A stretch of 38,808 nucleotides of DNA from Phycisphaeraceae bacterium (GTDB lineage: Bacteria; Planctomycetota; Phycisphaerae; Phycisphaerales; Phycisphaeraceae), in contig JANQKH010000508.1 of the NCBI GenBank assembly GCA_028281215.1, positions 1-38,808 of the forward strand. The letters are read 5' to 3'. The notes beneath the pieces are model-generated. The model saw only the letters and a program-made list of their open reading frames with translations. It did not search any database and was not told the origin of the DNA. Positions 35,258-38,808 of this stretch are shown in pieces (position 1 is the stretch's first letter; each line of letters starts with the position of its first letter). The position numbers were made by a program, and so were the translations under genes.

Positions 35258-36601
35258 ATGCTGACAATTACTGGCCGTAGCCAACCCACCTGTGATGGAT
35301 TCACGCGGCGCGACGTGTTGCGCATCGGCGCGTTGGGGGCCGGCGGTCTGACGTTGCCGCAACTGCTCGCCGCCGAGCAGCGAGCCGGGATTCGCAACTC
35401 GAACAAAGCGGTAATCATGGTTTACATGTGCGGCGCGCCGCCTCACCAGGATATGTACGACCTGAAGATGGATGCGCCGTCGGAGATTCGCGGCCCGTTC
35501 AAACCGATCAAGACCAACGTGCCGGGCATCGAAATCTGCGAGCATATGCCGCGGCTGGCGAAGATGATGGACAAGCTGATTCCGATCCGCTCGGTGTACG
35601 GTTCGCCGAGTGGTGCGCATGATTCGTACATCTGCTACACCGGCCGACCGAAGCCGGGCGAGCCGCGCGGCGGTTGGCCGAGTGTCGGCTCGTGTGTATC
35701 CAGTGTGTTGGGACCGACGCAGCCGGCCGTTCCGGCGTTTGTCGGGCTCGCGCCGGACGCGGGTCATCCGCCTTACGGTTCGCCCGGTTTGCCGGGCTTC
35801 CTCGGTCAGGGGCACGCCGCGTTTCGGCCGTCGGGACCGGTCGGTAATGACATGGTGCTCAAGGGCATTGACGGAAACCGCCTGAATGATCGCCGGAGAC
35901 TGCTCAACTCGTTCGACCGTTTCCGCAAACATGTCGATGCCAGCGCCGAGATGGCGGGCATGACCACACTGCAATCTCGCGCGATGGACATACTTACCAG
36001 CAGTCGGCTCGCCAAAGCGCTCGACATCTCCGATGAAGACCCGAAGACGATCGCGATGTACGGCAAGGGCGATCCAAAGAAACACGCCGACGGCGCACCG
36101 CTTAACCTGCAGCACTTTCTCATGGCCCGTCGGCTGGTCGAAGCCGGCGTGCGCGTGGTGACGCTGAACTTCGGCCGTTGGGATTTCCACAGTAACAATC
36201 ACAGTGAATTGAAGAACAAGTACCTGCCTTTGTGGGATCAGGGCGTGTCGGCGCTGGTTCAAGACCTCCATGATCGCGGATTGGCCGACGATGTGTCGGT
36301 GGTCACGTGGGGTGAGTTTGGGCGCACACCGAAGATCAATAACAAAGCCGGCCGCGATCACTGGCCGCAGGTCGGCGGCGCGCTGCTTGCCGGCGGAGGC
36401 ATGAAAACCGGGCAAGTCATTGGCTCGACCGATCGGCTCGGCGGTGAACCCAACGATCGGCCGGTCCACTTTGGTGAAGTGATTGCGACGGTCTACAAAC
36501 AACTTGGCATTGATCCGAATCAAACGACCGTGACCGATCTTCAAAACCGCCCGCGTTACCTCGTGGATGGAAAGTGGAAGCCGATGAAGGAGTTGGTTTA
36601 G
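35258..36601 (+). CDS. DUF1501 domain protein (second copy) with Tat-type signal
   Basis: TRRDVLRIGALGAGG twin-arginine signal. VYMCGAPPHQDMYDLK and GEFGRTPKINNKAGRDHWPQV blocks, paralogous to 14741-16027. Confidence 0.9.
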   Translation: MLTITGRSQPTCDGFTRRDVLRIGALGAGGLTLPQLLAAEQRAGIRNSNKAVIMVYMCGAPPHQDMYDLKMDAPSEIRGPFKPIKTNVPGIEICEHMPRLAKMMDKLIPIRSVYGSPSGAHDSYICYTGRPKPGEPRGGWPSVGSCVSSVLGPTQPAVPAFVGLAPDAGHPPYGSPGLPGFLGQGHAAFRPSGPVGNDMVLKGIDGNRLNDRRRLLNSFDRFRKHVDASAEMAGMTTLQSRAMDILTSSRLAKALDISDEDPKTIAMYGKGDPKKHADGAPLNLQHFLMARRLVEAGVRVVTLNFGRWDFHSNNHSELKNKYLPLWDQGVSALVQDLHDRGLADDVSVVTWGEFGRTPKINNKAGRDHWPQVGGALLAGGGMKTGQVIGSTDRLGGEPNDRPVHFGEVIATVYKQLGIDPNQTTVTDLQNRPRYLVDGKWKPMKELV

Positions 36602-37953
36602 TCGTTCCTGTCTGACGGGGCGATCTCCTCGTTGTCGGTCTTCGATTCAGCAATGCAATACAGGTGTTTCCTGCCGCGAAGGAAAAGTTCATTTCCCGCG
36701 ATCGCCGCCGACGCACTGAAGCTGTCTTCCAGCCGGTTGAATGCGAGCATTTTCGGTTGATCGCTGTGACTGAGCACGAGCGTGTTACCACGCAGGTCGG
36801 TGATGTAGATCCGGTCTGCCGCGCCGACCGGTGAAGCGTAAGCATTGCCCAAGCCGTTAAGGCGAAACGGTCCCGGATCGTTTTCACCGGTCTTCGCATT
36901 GAGACGCGATAGCACGTTCTGGTAGTGCGCGTGAAAGTAAATCGCGTTGCCGTACAGCAGTGGCGAAGGCACGTAAGGCGTGCCGCGGGTGCGCTTCCAC
37001 ACGACGTGATCGGTGTGGGTGATGTCACCTTTGGCGCCGGCGAGTTTGATCGCCAGCAGCGCGCGTTTCTCGTAACTGCTGCCGACGAAGACCATGCCAT
37101 TGCCGGCCACCGGTGATGCACAGATGTTCGCCGACATCCCGCCGCACTCCCAGACCACGTCACCGGTTTTCAAGTCATATGCACGGATGCGTTTCGTGCC
37201 CGGCACGATCACCACCGGTCGGCCGTCCTGCTTCACGACGATCGGTGTCGCCCAACTCGTCACCTCATCCCGCTGTTTGCGCCAAATCTCCTTACCGGTC
37301 TTCGCGCGAAACGCCACGACGAACGATTGCTCTTCATGGTCCCAATTGATGACCAGCGTGTCGCCGTGCAACACGGGCGAACTGCCTTCGCCGTGGCCGT
37401 GTTTGGTGTGCATATCGCCAAGGTCGTGTTCCCATTGAACGTTGCCGTCGAAGTCGAGGCAATACAAACCGTGGGAACCGAACGACGCGTAAACGTGTTT
37501 GCCATCGGTGGCCGCCGACGCTGATGCCAGGCTGGCCGTGTAATGTCCGCCTTCGTGCGGCAGCACTTCGTTGACCGCTTTCCGCCAGCGAATCGTCCCG
37601 TCCTTGCGATTCACCGCGATCACTTCAAAGCGATGTTTCTGCGACACGGGCACATTGTCATGCGCGCCCGGGCGATTGCTGTATTTCGGTTCACCCTTCT
37701 TCCCGACGGGTACGGCCGTGGTCACAAAGATGTGGTTGCCGCTGATGATCGGTGTCGAATGCCCTTTACCGGGCAACGGCGTCTTCCACTTGATGTTCTT
37801 CGTGTCGCTCCATTCCAACGGCGGCGCGGCGTTCGGTGCGACACCGGTGCCTAGCGGCCCGCGCCATTGCGGCCAGTCCTGATCGGCGAATCCCGTTGCC
37901 GCGCTAAGTATCAACGTTGCCAGCAAGACCGAAGTTGTTCGCATGGCATTCAT
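36598..37953 (-). CDS. secreted PQQ-like (BamB-type) beta-propeller repeat protein
   Basis: Signal peptide. DWPQWRGP opening and repeated …G.lv..d..tGk..W… blades. Confidence 0.85.
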   Translation of the reverse strand: MNAMRTTSVLLATLILSAATGFADQDWPQWRGPLGTGVAPNAAPPLEWSDTKNIKWKTPLPGKGHSTPIISGNHIFVTTAVPVGKKGEPKYSNRPGAHDNVPVSQKHRFEVIAVNRKDGTIRWRKAVNEVLPHEGGHYTASLASASAATDGKHVYASFGSHGLYCLDFDGNVQWEHDLGDMHTKHGHGEGSSPVLHGDTLVINWDHEEQSFVVAFRAKTGKEIWRKQRDEVTSWATPIVVKQDGRPVVIVPGTKRIRAYDLKTGDVVWECGGMSANICASPVAGNGMVFVGSSYEKRALLAIKLAGAKGDITHTDHVVWKRTRGTPYVPSPLLYGNAIYFHAHYQNVLSRLNAKTGENDPGPFRLNGLGNAYASPVGAADRIYITDLRGNTLVLSHSDQPKMLAFNRLEDSFSASAAIAGNELFLRGRKHLYCIAESKTDNEEIAPSDRND

Positions 37954-37974
37954 CGTTCCCCGATCATAGGTGAG

Positions 37975-38808
37975 TCACTGTTTAGGAATATTCACCAGCG
38001 TGTAATACGCCTGCGGATGCAGCAGACCGTCGCCGGCCTTGTTCTTCACGCCGGTCAGATGCAGTTCATGCACGTAGCCAGCGCGCAGTGGTTTGACGGT
38101 CAGCCTCACGCTCTTGCCGCCCTTGCCAACCTTGGCGCTGACGATCTCCACCGCCTGCTTGTCCGCCTCGGGACCGCCGTAGCGGCTTTCGAGTTTGTAT
38201 GTGTAACTTTCCATCCGGTAGCTGGCGATGTCCGCGGCTGTCTTCGCGTCGACCGGTTGGGTAAACGTCAACTCAAACCCATCCGGTTTCGCATGCATCT
38301 CGTGAATCTCGAACGGCACTTTGCCGGTCCATACCAGCCGCTCCAGGTTGTAAGGCTTGCTGCCACGGCCACCCCAACCACGGTTCGAGCCGCCGGCAAA
38401 CATCACCGGTTTGCCGGAGTTCGGATCCTTGCCAAAGTGAATACGAATCAAGCCGGTTTGAAATCCTTCGCGGAAACGAAACGCCGCGCCCTGCCAGCGC
38501 CCGCCGACCTTTTCCATGTAAACGCGCATGACCCAGGCATGATGCTGGTCCGCGACAAACAGTTGTCCCTTGAACGGCCCAAACTTACCGTCGCTCGTGT
38601 CCCACGCCATGCCCGACGGGCTCTTGCCCATCTTGTCGTAAGGGAACCAGACGACGGGCATTTTGAAGTTGGGAATCTTTTTGTGCAGGTCTTTCATGTA
38701 TTCGCCGTTGGGCACATCGCCCGGGCCGGGTTTTTTCAACTCCTTGGGAACGGCATCAAGTTTGGTGGTGTCGAGCCCGTGTGGATGGCCGTGATAATCC
38801 CCGAACTC
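37975..38808 (-). CDS. C-terminal part of a larger secreted protein truncated by the right edge (beta-propeller / sorbosone-dehydrogenase-like region plus Ig-like tail; product uncertain)
   Basis: The listed TTG start at 38739 is not preceded by a stop. The frame stays open to base 38808 (…EFGDYHGHPHGLDTTKLDAVPKELKKPGPG…). Stop at 37975, 21 nt before the next gene. Confidence 0.65.
   Translation of the reverse strand, partial: EFGDYHGHPHGLDTTKLDAVPKELKKPGPGDVPNGEYMKDLHKKIPNFKMPVVWFPYDKMGKSPSGMAWDTSDGKFGPFKGQLFVADQHHAWVMRVYMEKVGGRWQGAAFRFREGFQTGLIRIHFGKDPNSGKPVMFAGGSNRGWGGRGSKPYNLERLVWTGKVPFEIHEMHAKPDGFELTFTQPVDAKTAADIASYRMESYTYKLESRYGGPEADKQAVEIVSAKVGKGGKSVRLTVKPLRAGYVHELHLTGVKNKAGDGLLHPQAYYTLVNIPKQ

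Noticed and set aside
34394-36544. A 716-aa stop-free ORF on the minus strand spanning the SRPBCC gene, the 347-nt gap and most of the DUF1501 gene
   Set aside because: It is antisense to two genes with clear family motifs. Its translation is Arg/His/Pro-rich and low-complexity (…RRRIHLQVVHILVRRRAAHVNHD…), typical of antisense frames in G+C-rich DNA. It has no recognisable motif.
1-38808. Looked for CRISPR-like repeat-spacer arrays, tRNA/rRNA genes, transposases, integrases, toxin-antitoxin pairs, restriction-modification or other known defence genes
   Set aside because: None recognised. Intergenic regions are short (mostly under 150 nt) and lack tRNA-like T-loop/acceptor patterns or regularly spaced repeats. 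A computational scan (tRNAscan-SE, Infernal/Rfam, DefenseFinder/PADLOC) would be needed for certainty.

Overview
G+C-rich bacterial chromosomal segment. The gene content points to Planctomycetota, probably Pirellulales-like. This is an inference from a DUF1549/DUF1553 + DUF1501 pair, a second DUF1501, a prepilin-type DUF1559-like protein, two DUF1080 modules, a secreted sulfatase and a membrane protein ending in a RCGYDL...CPECG zinc ribbon. I call 37 protein-coding genes, two of them cut by the window edges. Calls rest on recognisable family motifs in the supplied translations. Many starts were moved inward from the longest ORF, because the ORF track also uses GTG/TTG starts and high GC creates long spurious extensions and antisense ORFs. 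By eye I found no rRNA, tRNA, CRISPR array, transposase, integrase or phage genes. There is one textbook intrinsic terminator (16075-16106). The window looks like ordinary core or shell chromosome rather than a mobile island, and I cannot point to a clear-cut new system. The best candidates for a second look are listed here. (1) A five-gene module at 28446-33093 with an NDP-sugar epimerase/dehydratase, a GT2 and a three-part ABC-2 transporter of an uncharacterised class. (2) A minus-strand string at 20427-28205 in which a Dpp/Opp-type binding protein and two permeases lack their cognate ATPases. They are followed by a secreted sulfatase-HEAT-DUF1080 fusion, a lone LolD/MacB-class ATPase and an SDR. 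(3) A translationally coupled Rieske-lipoprotein-M20 peptidase triad at 10227-12618, placed head-to-head against an unknown protein. That unknown protein leads a same-strand string of xseA, a sensor-less histidine kinase and a sigma-54 activator. (4) The DUF1549/1553-DUF1501 pair, plus an orphan DUF1501 behind a 347-nt repeat-rich leader. All functional links are inference from order, spacing and family knowledge. None were checked by search.
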